From an uncultured delta proteobacterium (GTDB lineage: Bacteria; Desulfobacterota; Desulfuromonadia; Desulfuromonadales; BM103): a stretch of 64,000 nucleotides of DNA. The DNA lies in the NCBI GenBank assembly GCA_963715335.1, contig CAVQRZ010000026.1:50410-114409 (forward strand), read 5' to 3'. Positions 43,334 through 52,915 of the stretch are shown here, piece after piece. Position numbers and translations under genes: made by a program. The stretch's first letter is position 1. Each line of letters opens with the position of its first letter. Below the pieces are notes generated by a model. It saw only the letters and a list, made by a program, of their open reading frames with translations. It was not told the DNA's origin and searched no databases.

Positions 43334-43621
43334 ATGGTGATTGGAGTCCTGCAAATAGACCTGCGTCTGCATGCACCACAGAACCTTAAGCAGAAGCGCG
43401 GCATCACACAGAAAATCCTGGCCCGCTGCCGCAACCGTTTCCCGGCCAGCTGTGCCGAGATCGGCCATCAGGACCTCTGGCAGAGATGCTTGCTGGGATT
43501 TGCAGTCATCAACAACTCGGAACAGGTGGTCGCACCGATTCTGGCGCGCATCGAAGCTGAAATACTGGATAACAGCGAAGTCGATCTGATTAATGCCGAC
43601 ACGGAATTTATTCATTACTGA
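43334..43621 (+). CDS. DUF503 (YlxP) family protein
   Basis: LKQKR, RNRF..S.AEIGHQDLWQR; position between infB and rbfA. Confidence 0.85.
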   Translation: MVIGVLQIDLRLHAPQNLKQKRGITQKILARCRNRFPASCAEIGHQDLWQRCLLGFAVINNSEQVVAPILARIEAEILDNSEVDLINADTEFIHY

Positions 43622-43633
43622 ACACAGGAATCG

Positions 43634-43999
43634 TTGAAGGTGGCCTCACAGCGCGCACAAAGGGTGGCTGAAACCATCCACAAAGAAATATCGAACCTGT
43701 TGATCAAAGGACTCAAGGATCCGCGCATCGGATTCGTTACGATTACCTCGGTTGATGTCACCTCAGACCTGCGCCAGGCCAAGATTTACTACACCCTGAT
43801 GGGTGGCCAGGGCGACCGTGACCAGACCAAATCCGGTCTCGACAGCAGTACCTCTTATGTTCGGCAGCAGCTTGGAAAAGTTCTGCGCCTGCGGCATATC
43901 CCGGAAATCCAATTCATCTACGATGCATCCTTTGAATACGGCCAGCACATCGAAAAACTCCTGAACGAAGTCAAGTCAGACCTGCAAGAAGATGATTGA
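43634..43999 (+). CDS. rbfA: Ribosome-binding factor A
   Basis: KDPRIGFVTITSVDVTSDL..AKIY, LRHIPEIQF.YD. Confidence 0.95.
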   Translation: MKVASQRAQRVAETIHKEISNLLIKGLKDPRIGFVTITSVDVTSDLRQAKIYYTLMGGQGDRDQTKSGLDSSTSYVRQQLGKVLRLRHIPEIQFIYDASFEYGQHIEKLLNEVKSDLQEDD

Positions 44000-44951
44000 A
44001 GCGATCCTGCAACTTATAAATCAGAACCAGACCTTTCTGGTTGCCTCCCACGAAAGCCCTGATGGCGATGCGATCGGTTCGACCCTGGCCCTGACCAACC
44101 TGTTGCGTGAGATGGGCAAAGATGTCGTCGCTTACAATCGAGACCGCGCACCCCTGGAATATGCCTTTCTCCCCGGATACGCATCAGTCGTCAATGAAGT
44201 GGACGATACGCGGGCCTTTGATGTCGGTTTTGTTCTCGACGCCGGTGAATTAAAGCGTGCCGGCAGCTGGATTAAAGGGTGCTGCCGCAAGCTGGTTAAT
44301 ATCGATCACCACCCTTGTTCAGAAGATTTCGGCGACCTTTATTATCTCGATACCGTGGCCTGTGCCACAGGCGTCATGATTTATCGTATTTTGCAGGCGG
44401 CAGGGCACACGCTTTCACTCGATGTCGCCACCTGCGTCTATACGGCAATCCTTGCCGATACCGGCTCTTTCCGTTACTCAAATGCCAACCCGGAAGCGTT
44501 CCGGGTTGCTGGTGAAATGATCGAGGTCGGTGTCGACCCCTGGTCGATTGCTTCCGGCCTTTATGAAAGTCAGGAGAAGGAACGGTTGGCCCTGCTCGCT
44601 ATGGCGCTGCCAACCCTGCAGGTCTCCGCATGTGGCCGGTACGCTTCCCTTGCGGTCACCCTGGACATGTACGACAAGACCGGCGCCATCGAACAACACA
44701 CCGACCGGTTCATTAATTATCCCCGCTCGATCCGAGGGGTTGAAGTTGCAATTTTCTTCCGCCAGCTGGATCATAACCTCTTTAAAGTTGGCTTTCGCTC
44801 CAAGGGCAATATCGATGTCGGGGCGCTGGCCAGGGCCATGCATGGCGGTGGTCACCACAATGCCGCCGGCGCAACCGCCGAGGGGAGTCTTGAGGTCGTC
44901 CAGAAACAGGTCTACGATAAAGTTTCCCTTCTGCTTGCCGACCCTGAATGA
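43992..44951 (+). CDS. nrnA: DHH-family oligoribonuclease / pAp phosphatase NrnA
   Basis: HESPDGDAIGS, NIDHH, DTGSFRY, GGGHHNAAG. Confidence 0.88.
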   Translation: MIEAILQLINQNQTFLVASHESPDGDAIGSTLALTNLLREMGKDVVAYNRDRAPLEYAFLPGYASVVNEVDDTRAFDVGFVLDAGELKRAGSWIKGCCRKLVNIDHHPCSEDFGDLYYLDTVACATGVMIYRILQAAGHTLSLDVATCVYTAILADTGSFRYSNANPEAFRVAGEMIEVGVDPWSIASGLYESQEKERLALLAMALPTLQVSACGRYASLAVTLDMYDKTGAIEQHTDRFINYPRSIRGVEVAIFFRQLDHNLFKVGFRSKGNIDVGALARAMHGGGHHNAAGATAEGSLEVVQKQVYDKVSLLLADPE

Positions 44952-45865
44952 ACGGTTTTCTGATTGTCGATAAACCGGCCGGTATGACCTCGTTCGATGT
45001 GGTTCGCCAGGTCCGTCGTATGGTGAACACGCGCCGGGTCGGGCATGCTGGCACGCTCGACCCGATGGCAACCGGGGTTTTGCCTGTAGCGATCGGTACG
45101 GCGACGCGCCTGATCGAGTATACGATGGCCGGAGACAAGAGCTACCGTGCAACCCTGAAGCTGGGGAGCGTGACCGATACCCAGGATGCGGAAGGTCAGG
45201 TGCTTGAAGAAAAACCCTGGCAGCATGTCGACAGGGCAATGCTTGATGCTGCTGTCGAACACTTTATCGGTGCAATAGATCAGCTCCCGCCGATGTATTC
45301 CGCCCTGAAAAAAGATGGTCAACCTCTTTACAAGCTGGCGCGTCAGGGAATCGAAGTTGATCGTGAACCGCGTAAGATTTATGTGAAAAGCCTGGCTATC
45401 GACGAATTCACTGCCCCGCATCTGACCTTCACCGTAGACTGCAGCAAAGGGACGTATGTCAGAACCCTTTGCCACGATATAGGGCGCATGCTCGGTTGTG
45501 GTGCCCACATGACTGGCTTGCGGCGCCTGACCTGCGGTCGTTTTGAGCTTGCGCAGAGTTATCCACTCCAGGTATTGCAAGATTTGTCAGCGCACGGCAG
45601 GCCTCTGCCGCTGCTGTCCCTGGCAGAGGCCCTTGCCGACTGGACGGAACTGACGGTTGACGGTGTGATCCTTGAGCGCCTGCAGAACGGCGTCGCGCCG
45701 AACATGGCAGACCTGGCCGGTGACAGGCCTGTGGCCGGTGATAAGGTCCGGTTTATGACTGCAGAGAGACTGGTCGCGGTCGCCAGCTACACTCCAGGAG
45801 GCCATGGTAAAAGGGCCGGAGATTTTGAGCTTTTAAAGGTTTTCCCGCTTGCCGATAATGAATGA
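44948..45865 (+). CDS. truB: tRNA pseudouridine(55) synthase
   Basis: DKPAGMTSFD, GHAGTLDPMATGVL, PPMYSALK, CSKGTYVRTL. Confidence 0.96.
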   Translation: MNGFLIVDKPAGMTSFDVVRQVRRMVNTRRVGHAGTLDPMATGVLPVAIGTATRLIEYTMAGDKSYRATLKLGSVTDTQDAEGQVLEEKPWQHVDRAMLDAAVEHFIGAIDQLPPMYSALKKDGQPLYKLARQGIEVDREPRKIYVKSLAIDEFTAPHLTFTVDCSKGTYVRTLCHDIGRMLGCGAHMTGLRRLTCGRFELAQSYPLQVLQDLSAHGRPLPLLSLAEALADWTELTVDGVILERLQNGVAPNMADLAGDRPVAGDKVRFMTAERLVAVASYTPGGHGKRAGDFELLKVFPLADNE

Positions 45866-45904
45866 TAAATGCTTTACTCTGCCAGGTATTTGTGGTAGAT
45901 AATG

Positions 45905-45964
45905 CTTCTTTAGCTCAGCTCGCTGCTGAAGATAACTATAACTCACAGAAAAAGACTAAGGAGG
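45905..45964 (+). promoter_or_regulatory. Structured rpsO leader (candidate S15 autoregulatory element)
   Basis: CTTCTTTAG (45905-13) can pair with CTAAGGAGG (45956-64, includes the SD); internal hairpin TCAGC/GCTGA. Confidence 0.55.
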
Positions 45965-45971
45965 TGGCGCC

Positions 45972-46238
45972 GTGCTGGCCACAGAACGCAAACAAGAAAT
46001 CATTGAAAAATTCAAAGCCCATGACAGCGATACGGGTTCCCCCGAAGTTCAGATCGCTCTTCTTTCAGAGCGCATCACGTATCTGACGGACCATTTCCGT
46101 ACCCACAAAAAGGACCACCACTCCCGTCGTGGCCTCCTGAAAATTGTCGGCCAGCGCCGTCGCCTGCTCGATTACCTGAAAAGCAAGGATGTTGAGCGTT
46201 ATCGTACGGTGATCAAAGAACTGGGTATTCGCCGTTAA
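45972..46238 (+). CDS. rpsO: 30S ribosomal protein S15
   Basis: [33 protein letters not shown]. Confidence 0.98.
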   Translation: MLATERKQEIIEKFKAHDSDTGSPEVQIALLSERITYLTDHFRTHKKDHHSRRGLLKIVGQRRRLLDYLKSKDVERYRTVIKELGIRR

Positions 46239-46242
46239 AATC

Positions 46243-46283
46243 AGGCAGCAAGCTCGCTATTGTTGAGAGCCTGCTGCCTTTTA
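46243..46283 (+). terminator. Terminator after rpsO
   Basis: AGGCAGCA...TGCTGCCT stem followed by TTT. Confidence 0.7.
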
Positions 46284-46297
46284 TTCGTAAGTGTCGA

Positions 46298-46371
46298 GGC
46301 CGGGAGGTTGTCCGGAGAGAGATTCTGATCGTCATCGTATCAGGAGCTGTCTCAGGCCATCCTCCTCTGCC
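46298..46371 (+). promoter_or_regulatory. Long imperfect stem-loop in the pnp leader (candidate RNase III site)
   Basis: GGAGG/CCTCC, GAGA/TCTC and TTCTGAT/ATCAGGA arms nested around a small loop. Confidence 0.6.
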
Positions 46372-46427
46372 ATTTTAGGAAGCAGTAAATCACAGGTGAC
46401 CGGACGTCCGGTCAGAAAGAGGAAAAG

Positions 46428-48527
46428 ATGGCTTATCAGAAAGTAGAAATCGAATTCAACGGCCAGCCGTTGATCATGGAAACAGGTAAAATGGCCCGTC
46501 AGGCTGACGGCGCTGTCGTCGTTACTTACGGCGAGACCAAAGTGCTCTGTACCGTCGTCTCTGCCACGAAAATGCGAGAAGGGCAGGACTTCTTCCCTCT
46601 CACTGTCAATTACCAGGAAAAATTCTACGCCGGCGGTAAGATCCCGGGCTCTTTTTTCCGCCGCGAACGCGGCTCCACGGAGCGTGAAACGCTGATCTGC
46701 CGGTTGATCGACCGGCCGATGCGCCCGCTCTTTCCCAAAGGCTACATGTTCGAAACCCAGATCATGCCATCGGTTATCTCGGCTGATATGATCAACGATC
46801 CCGACACTCTTGCCATGGTTGCTGCTTCGGCATCTGTCGCGGTGTCCAATATCCCTTTCGAGGGTCCGATCGCTGCGGTACGCGTCGGTAGAACAGATGG
46901 CAAGCTGATTGCGAACCCGACCATTGAGCAACGGGCGCAGAGCGATCTGGAGATCGTTGTCTCCGGTTCGAAAGATGCCGTGATGATGGTTGAAGGCGAG
47001 TCGGCCTTCCTCACCGAAACCGAGATGCTGGATGCGATTTTCTTCGGTCATGAGGCTCTTCAGCCCCTGATCAAAGCGCAAACCGAACTTGCTAAACTGG
47101 TTGGTCTTGAAAAGCGGGAATTCGTCGTTGCCAAGACCGATGCCGAGCTGGAAGTCAAGGTCGCCAAGCTGGCCGAGGCAGGTGTTGCCAAAGCTGTCAA
47201 GATCAGGACCAAGCAGGAGCGTTATGCTGCCCTGGCAGACAACCGCACTGCGATCAAGGAGCAGCTTGCCGAGGAATACGCAGGCCGTGAAGGCGAAATC
47301 AGTGCCATCCTCGGCTCGATCGAAAAGCGCGTCGTCCGCCAGATGGTGACCAGGGACCGCATTCGTATCGATGGCCGCGACATGAGCACGATCCGCCCAA
47401 TCAGCTGTGAAGTAGGCGTCCTGCCGCGTGCACACGGTAGCGCCTTGTTTACCCGTGGCGAGACGCAAGCCCTGGTCGCTGCGACTTTGGGTACCAAGGT
47501 CGATGAACAGCGCATGGACAATGTCCAGGGGATGGATTTCAAAAAGTTTATGCTGCACTACAACTTTCCGCCGTTCTGTGTCGGTGAAACCAGCATGCGT
47601 CTTTTCCCCGGTCGTCGTGAGATTGGTCATGGTATGCTGGCAGAGCGCAGCACAGCGCAAATCCTGCCTACGCATGACGCCTTCCCCTACACGATCCGTA
47701 TCGTCTCCGATGTCCTTGAGTCGAATGGGTCGTCTTCAATGGCCTCAGTCTGTGGCGCATCCCTGTCGTTGATGGATGCCGGTGTGCCGGTCAAGGAAGC
47801 GATTGCCGGGATTGCTATGGGCCTGATCAAGGAAGGTGACGATGTCGCGATCCTGAGCGATATTCTTGGCGACGAGGACCATCTCGGCGACATGGACTTC
47901 AAGGTGACCGGTTCTGCTGCCGGTATCACAGCTTTGCAAATGGATATCAAGATTTCCGGTGTTACCAAGGAGATCATGACGCAGGCCCTGGCGCAAGCCA
48001 AGCAAGGCCGTATTCATATCCTTGGCGAGATGGCCAAGTGCATCGATAAGCCGCGCGAAGAACTGTCCAAGTACGCACCGCGCATTACCAGTATCAAGGT
48101 CAAATCCGATCAGGTCCGGACCGTTATTGGCTCTGGCGGCAAGAATGTCCGCGGCGTGATCGAAGCGACCGGCTGTGCTATCGACATTCAGGATGATGGC
48201 ACGATCCATATTGCATCGACCGATGGCGAAGCCGCCAAGCTCGCCATCAAGATGATCCGTGACCTGATTCAGGAAGCCGAAGTTGGTAAGCTCTACAGCG
48301 GCACAGTGCGTAAGATCATGGAATTCGGAGCCTTTGTTGAAATCTTCCCTGGTACTGACGGCCTGGTTCATATCTCCGAACTGGATAAGGAACGCGTCCG
48401 TGCAGTCACCGATGTCCTGAACGAGGGTGACAAGGTCCTGGTCAAGTGCATCGGCATCGATAAGCAGGGCAAGATCAAGCTGTCACGTAAAGAAGCCCTC
48501 GGCCAGACTTTGCCCGAAGAGGCTTAA
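46428..48527 (+). CDS. pnp: Polyribonucleotide nucleotidyltransferase
   Basis: [56 protein letters not shown] and S1 domains. Confidence 0.98.
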   Translation: MAYQKVEIEFNGQPLIMETGKMARQADGAVVVTYGETKVLCTVVSATKMREGQDFFPLTVNYQEKFYAGGKIPGSFFRRERGSTERETLICRLIDRPMRPLFPKGYMFETQIMPSVISADMINDPDTLAMVAASASVAVSNIPFEGPIAAVRVGRTDGKLIANPTIEQRAQSDLEIVVSGSKDAVMMVEGESAFLTETEMLDAIFFGHEALQPLIKAQTELAKLVGLEKREFVVAKTDAELEVKVAKLAEAGVAKAVKIRTKQERYAALADNRTAIKEQLAEEYAGREGEISAILGSIEKRVVRQMVTRDRIRIDGRDMSTIRPISCEVGVLPRAHGSALFTRGETQALVAATLGTKVDEQRMDNVQGMDFKKFMLHYNFPPFCVGETSMRLFPGRREIGHGMLAERSTAQILPTHDAFPYTIRIVSDVLESNGSSSMASVCGASLSLMDAGVPVKEAIAGIAMGLIKEGDDVAILSDILGDEDHLGDMDFKVTGSAAGITALQMDIKISGVTKEIMTQALAQAKQGRIHILGEMAKCIDKPREELSKYAPRITSIKVKSDQVRTVIGSGGKNVRGVIEATGCAIDIQDDGTIHIASTDGEAAKLAIKMIRDLIQEAEVGKLYSGTVRKIMEFGAFVEIFPGTDGLVHISELDKERVRAVTDVLNEGDKVLVKCIGIDKQGKIKLSRKEALGQTLPEEA

Positions 48528-48540
48528 CCTTAAGGCGTTC

Positions 48541-49803
48541 ATGACTCGAAGAACGATGCTCGATAATGGCATCCGGGTGCTTTCCGAAAATGTGCCCGGA
48601 TGCCATTCTGTTTCCCTCGGGGTATGGGTTAACAATGGCTCGCGCCATGAACCTGTTGCACTCAACGGTATCTCTCACTTCATCGAACACATGCTCTTCA
48701 AGGGTACTGAACGGCGCAGCGCACAAGCTGTCGCCCGCGAGGTCGACTCGGTAGGGGGCCTTCTCAACGGTTTTACCAGCCGTGAATTTAGTTGTTATTT
48801 TGTCAAGATCCTCGCTGAAAAACTGCCGATGGCAGTCGATTTGCTTGGCGACATGATCTGCCATTCCAGATTCAGTCCCGATGATATAGAAAAAGAACGA
48901 CGGGTTATCCTGCAGGAGATCGCCATGATCGAGGACAGCCCCGAAGATCTGATCCACGACCAGTTTACTCATTCTTTCTGGGCCGGGAACCCGCTCGGCA
49001 TGCCGGTTATCGGCACCCAGGCGAGCGTAGGCAACCTTAGTCGGCAGCAGATGCTGACGTTCATGGGTGACCGTTATGTCGGTGACAACCTTTGCGTTGT
49101 GGCCGCCGGTTCCGTTGCCCACGAAGAACTGGTCGGCCTGGTTGAGAAGGCTTTTGGTGATATTCCCGAATCGGGCGTGAAACATGAAGATCTTGTCCCT
49201 GTTGTGACCAGAAAAGTCGAAGTGACCCGCCGTGAACTTGAACAGACCCAGCTCTGCCTAGGCGTCGAGGGTCTGCCGCAGAGCCATCCGGACCGTTATG
49301 GCACATACCTGCTGAATACTATCCTGGGTGGCAACATGAGTTCGCGCCTGTTTCAGAAGATTCGCGAGCAGCTTGGACTGGCCTACTCGGTCTACAGCTA
49401 TCACCATAACCATTCTGACAGTGGTGCCTTCATTGTCTACGCAGGGATCGCTGCGGAAAACGCCCCGCTGGTGGCCCGTACCATCCTCGATGAAATGACC
49501 CGCATGCGTCATCAGATGGTGACTGCGGAAGAATTGCAGAGCGCCAAGGACTTTCTCAAGGGCAGCATGCTGCTGGCAATGGAAAGTACCGACAACCGCA
49601 TGACCCGTCTGGCCAAAAATGAGCTCTTCCTGAGAGATGTTGGCATCAGTCTCGAGGAGAGTCGGGAGATGATTGATGCGGTTACCGCGGAACTGATTCA
49701 GGAACTGGCAGACAAGCTGTTTGTCAACGAAACCCTGAATATGCAGGTGGCCGGAAGGGTGGATACGGCAGCTTTCCCGGATAGTGATTTGCAATTTGGA
49801 TAG
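48541..49803 (+). CDS. M16 (pitrilysin) family zinc peptidase
   Basis: GSRHE, HFIEHMLFKGT inverted zinc motif, GGNMSSRLFQKIRE..GLAYSV. Confidence 0.92.
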   Translation: MTRRTMLDNGIRVLSENVPGCHSVSLGVWVNNGSRHEPVALNGISHFIEHMLFKGTERRSAQAVAREVDSVGGLLNGFTSREFSCYFVKILAEKLPMAVDLLGDMICHSRFSPDDIEKERRVILQEIAMIEDSPEDLIHDQFTHSFWAGNPLGMPVIGTQASVGNLSRQQMLTFMGDRYVGDNLCVVAAGSVAHEELVGLVEKAFGDIPESGVKHEDLVPVVTRKVEVTRRELEQTQLCLGVEGLPQSHPDRYGTYLLNTILGGNMSSRLFQKIREQLGLAYSVYSYHHNHSDSGAFIVYAGIAAENAPLVARTILDEMTRMRHQMVTAEELQSAKDFLKGSMLLAMESTDNRMTRLAKNELFLRDVGISLEESREMIDAVTAELIQELADKLFVNETLNMQVAGRVDTAAFPDSDLQFG

Positions 49804-49817
49804 AGGAGAAACGGCCT

Positions 49818-49880
49818 TAAAACTATACAGCCTTGCAGCGTTAAAGGCATAAAACTTACAACCCTCCAATTCTACAGCGA
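49818..49880 (+). repeat. Degenerate octamer array (TACAGCnn-like)
   Basis: taaaacta tacagcct tgcagcgt taaaggca taaaact tacaaccc tccaattc tacagcga. Confidence 0.5.
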
Positions 49881-49889
49881 CGACTTATT

Positions 49890-50339
49890 ATGATTCAAAT
49901 CAAAGTCAAAAAACTCCACCCGAATGCCCTGGTCCCCGTGTACATGACTGAACATGCCGCCGGCATGGACCTTTGTACCGTGGTCGACGAGCCGGTGGTC
50001 CTCGCGCCGGGTGAGCGGGCCCTGTTACCGACCGGACTGGCCATGGAAATCCCTGCCGGTTACGAAGGCCAGGTGCGGCCGCGCTCGGGCCTCGCCCTGA
50101 AAAAAGGTATTGCCCTGGTCAACTCACCGGGAACCATTGACGCCGACTATCGTGGTGAAATCGGCATTATCATTATCAACCACGGCAGCGAGCCGGTTGA
50201 GTTCATGCCGGGGGACCGTGTCGCCCAGTTGATTATAGCCCCGGTCACACGGGCCGCACTGATCGAGGTGGAAGATTTGAACGATACCGGTCGCAACTCA
50301 GGTGGCTTCGGCCACACCGGCGTCAGCTCCAAGCCATGA
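49890..50339 (+). CDS. dut: dUTP diphosphatase
   Basis: [43 protein letters not shown]. Confidence 0.96.
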   Translation: MIQIKVKKLHPNALVPVYMTEHAAGMDLCTVVDEPVVLAPGERALLPTGLAMEIPAGYEGQVRPRSGLALKKGIALVNSPGTIDADYRGEIGIIIINHGSEPVEFMPGDRVAQLIIAPVTRAALIEVEDLNDTGRNSGGFGHTGVSSKP

Positions 50340-50614
50340 GCCAGGCTTCACCGCAAAAAGAGCTGCTCGAGTTCCCGTGCCATTTCGAGTTCAAGGCTTT
50401 CGGGCCAGGCGACGATGATGAGACGTTTCTCGTCAAAGTTCTGCATGCCATCTCCTCAGTGGTGCCGGTTTCGCGTCAGGCAATGAAGTCCCGATCGAGC
50501 TCCGCGGGCAAATACCAATGCGTCAGCGCCCTGGTGACCTTGCAGAATCGCAACCAGTTGGAGGCCGTCTATGCGGCCTTGCGAAACATCGATGACTTGA
50601 AATATCTTTTATAA
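50336..50614 (+). CDS. DUF493 (YbeD-like) protein
   Basis: [29 protein letters not shown]. Confidence 0.82.
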   Translation: MSQASPQKELLEFPCHFEFKAFGPGDDDETFLVKVLHAISSVVPVSRQAMKSRSSSAGKYQCVSALVTLQNRNQLEAVYAALRNIDDLKYLL

Positions 50615-50615
50615 C

Positions 50616-50654
50616 GAGCTATAAGCTGTAGAGCTGTAAAGATCTAAGCCTGTA
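50616..50654 (+). repeat. Degenerate octamer array (nnGCTGTA-like)
   Basis: gagctata agctgta gagctgta aagatcta agcctgta. Confidence 0.5.
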
Positions 50655-50672
50655 AGGAGATCAGAGCCGGTT

Positions 50673-51281
50673 ATGTTGCTGCACATCAATCCTGACAATC
50701 CCCAGATAAGGCTCATTGCCAGGGTCGTGGAAACCCTGAAGCAGGGCGGGGTCATTGCTTACCCCACCGACACAACCTACGGCATCGGTTGTGACATTTT
50801 TAACCGGCGTGGCATCAAGAACATCTACCAGATCAAGCAGCGCGATGCCAAGAAACCCTTTTCCTTTATCTGCGCGGACCTCTCCGATGCAGCCAATTAT
50901 GCCCGCGTCAGCAACTTCGCTTTCAAAATCATGAAACGCCACCTGCCAGGGCCTTATACCTTTGTCCTTGATGCGACGCGCATCGTCCCCGACAGCCTGA
51001 CCACCCGACAGAAAACCGTTGGTATCCGTATCCCGGACGACTCGATTGCCATGGCAATTGTCCGTGAGCTCGGGCACCCCCTGGTGACCACCAGCGCCAA
51101 TCTGACTGGTGAATCACCACTCCATGATCCAGAAGAGATCCAGGCTACAATGGGGCGTTTGCTCGACCTGGTGGTGGACGGTGGCATACGCTATGGCGAC
51201 CCGTCGACCGTCATCAGCCTGATCGATGACCGGATCGAAGTGCTTCGCGAGGGCTGTGGCGACATCTCCTGGATCGAATAG
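50673..51281 (+). CDS. Sua5/YciO/YrdC family protein (YciO-like)
   Basis: IHINPDNPQ-like N-terminus, YPTDTTYGIGC, LPGPYTFVL, VGIRIPD, TTSAN, STVI. Confidence 0.88.
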   Translation: MLLHINPDNPQIRLIARVVETLKQGGVIAYPTDTTYGIGCDIFNRRGIKNIYQIKQRDAKKPFSFICADLSDAANYARVSNFAFKIMKRHLPGPYTFVLDATRIVPDSLTTRQKTVGIRIPDDSIAMAIVRELGHPLVTTSANLTGESPLHDPEEIQATMGRLLDLVVDGGIRYGDPSTVISLIDDRIEVLREGCGDISWIE

Positions 51282-51282
51282 C

Positions 51283-51714
51283 ATGTTCCGTATGACACCT
51301 ATCAGAACAATCCTGTCTGCAGCCCTGATGATTGTTTCAATCTGGTTTGCAGTCCCAGCTGGCGCGGATGATGTTGCCTTTGGCGGCATCGGCTTACAGG
51401 TGGTGCCGACGGTCGATGGCGACCTGGTCGTTTTGAACGTGCTGCCAGACGCCCCGGCGGCAAAGCAAGGAATCCTGCCAGGTGACATGATTTTTCAGGT
51501 CAATGGCTTTCTCCTGAAGGGGAGCGACTTCGGCAAAGTTGTTACCGAGCACCTCTGGGGCCCGGTTGGCGCCACTGTTGAGCTTGTTTACCGGCGCCCT
51601 GGTGTTGCAGGTGAGAAGCGGGTGTCGCTCGAGCGGACGGCAATCGCGCCGAAACTGATTGTGGCGCCAACAGTGCAGGACAATGTGCCGGACGAGGGTG
51701 GGAAGCCGCAATGA
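51283..51714 (+). CDS. Secreted single-PDZ-domain protein
   Basis: Signal peptide; FGGIGL, PAAKQGILPGD, GPVGATVEL. Confidence 0.8.
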   Translation: MFRMTPIRTILSAALMIVSIWFAVPAGADDVAFGGIGLQVVPTVDGDLVVLNVLPDAPAAKQGILPGDMIFQVNGFLLKGSDFGKVVTEHLWGPVGATVELVYRRPGVAGEKRVSLERTAIAPKLIVAPTVQDNVPDEGGKPQ

Positions 51715-52103
51715 CCAGCAAAGAGATTACAGTTGTTCGTTACAGCTACCGATTGGTCAACAGCGACTGGGCGCCCGCAGTCGATATGGACGCCTTGGGA
51801 GGATTTATAAGAAACCTCCATAATGATCTAATTCCTCTCGGCATTACAGTTACCTACCTCGATGAACCTGACCAGGAGCTTGAAGTAAAAGGCTATGGCG
51901 ATTTGCTCAATATTATTCGTCTGCGCTCACCGAAGGACCACATCGGCAACCTGTGCCTCGGTCACATCATTGGCAAAAGTGGTAACTGTGATCTGTTCGA
52001 GGATATCCGCCGCGGCGTCTCGCGGGTCGCTTTCGCCCCGGAGATGATCGAGCCGGAAGGGTCCAACAAGGTTGTTTGTCACAATTGCGGGTGTGGGTGC
52101 TGA
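51711..52103 (+). CDS. Hypothetical protein with C-terminal CHNCGCGC motif
   Basis: 130-aa ORF coupled by ATGA overlap to the PDZ gene. Confidence 0.75.
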   Translation: MTSKEITVVRYSYRLVNSDWAPAVDMDALGGFIRNLHNDLIPLGITVTYLDEPDQELEVKGYGDLLNIIRLRSPKDHIGNLCLGHIIGKSGNCDLFEDIRRGVSRVAFAPEMIEPEGSNKVVCHNCGCGC

Positions 52104-52147
52104 AGACGTGGTGCGTGGTGTGGGGTGCGGAGAACATAAACTAACTA

Positions 52148-52174
52148 AAGGGGGCAGAGACATTCTGTCCCCTT
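52148..52174. terminator. Terminator hairpin between convergent genes
   Basis: AAGGGGGCAGA...TCTGTCCCCTT. Confidence 0.7.
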
Positions 52175-52218
52175 ATTTTATTGCTTTTCAATTTTACGCA
52201 TCCCGACCTTCGCGCCTC

Positions 52219-52536
52219 CTACTTTGCGGTTTTCTGAAAACTCCTGACATAACCGAGTAGCGCGACCATCTCCTGGGATTCGAGAGAGATCATTTTGGCG
52301 CCGACTGCGTCGCGCAGGCAGGCGTTGATGATGTCCTTGAGCTGCGTGTCGTTGAAGTCCCCGATCATATCCAGTCCCTTGCCTTCGGCGTGGCATGTGA
52401 CGCAACCGCGGCCCTTGGTGCCGAGCTCAGTGGTTTCAAAGAGGGTCTTGCCAAGCCCCAAGGTGGGGCCTTCCGTGGCCTGGGCGCAGACCCCCGTTAT
52501 CAGCAGTATGCCAAGTGCAATGATCGATTTATTCAT
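52219..52536 (-). CDS. Periplasmic monoheme cytochrome c with likely distal Cys
   Basis: SD GGGAG, signal peptide MNKSIIALGILL, CVTCH heme motif, IINAC segment. Confidence 0.85.
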   Translation of the reverse strand: MNKSIIALGILLITGVCAQATEGPTLGLGKTLFETTELGTKGRGCVTCHAEGKGLDMIGDFNDTQLKDIINACLRDAVGAKMISLESQEMVALLGYVRSFQKTAK

Positions 52537-52648
52537 GGCGATCTCCCGGAAACTGTGTAAAATGAAGGAGTTGCGAATCACTGATAGATTAACCTTGAAT
52601 ACCGTTAAAGACAAGCCTCTTCTCTTTACCGGCTGTGGAGGAAGACCA

Positions 52649-52915
52649 ATGAAAATCAAGCTTGGGTTCAGCCTGCTCCTGTCGCTTCTGGTGTTCGTCT
52701 TTATTACCCAGAATGCCGAGTCTGTTCAGGTCAACTTCATCATCTGGTCCATTGACATGTCACTCGTCCTGCTGGTTTTCATCATGCTGGGTGCAGGCGT
52801 CATGATCGGCTGGTTTCTGAGCAGTTATTTTCGCTTTGCCAGAAATCGGCAGCAAAATAAGGCAAAAAGTGTTGAACCGGTAAAAAAGAGCCTGGTTGAG
52901 AAAGACAAGATATGA
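52649..52915 (+). CDS. LapA/DUF1049-family small membrane protein
   Basis: SD GGAGG; FITQNAESVQVNFIIW...SLVLL; two TM helices. Confidence 0.78.
   Translation: MKIKLGFSLLLSLLVFVFITQNAESVQVNFIIWSIDMSLVLLVFIMLGAGVMIGWFLSSYFRFARNRQQNKAKSVEPVKKSLVEKDKI

Noticed and set aside
46332..47675. 447-aa antisense ORF; similar long antisense ORFs at 10921-11883, 30450-31514, 58921-59865 and 62981-63940
   Set aside because: Shadows of well-supported genes (pnp, thrC, apgM, yjgR-like, CA) caused by codon bias; no recognisable motifs.
49818..50654. Short repeat arrays as a possible CRISPR
   Set aside because: Units are 7-8 bp without unique spacers, and no cas genes are present.
52101..52140. TGA after CHNCGCGC as possible selenocysteine readthrough
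   Set aside because: Downstream sequence is a degenerate heptamer tract with no convincing SECIS hairpin; treated as a normal stop.
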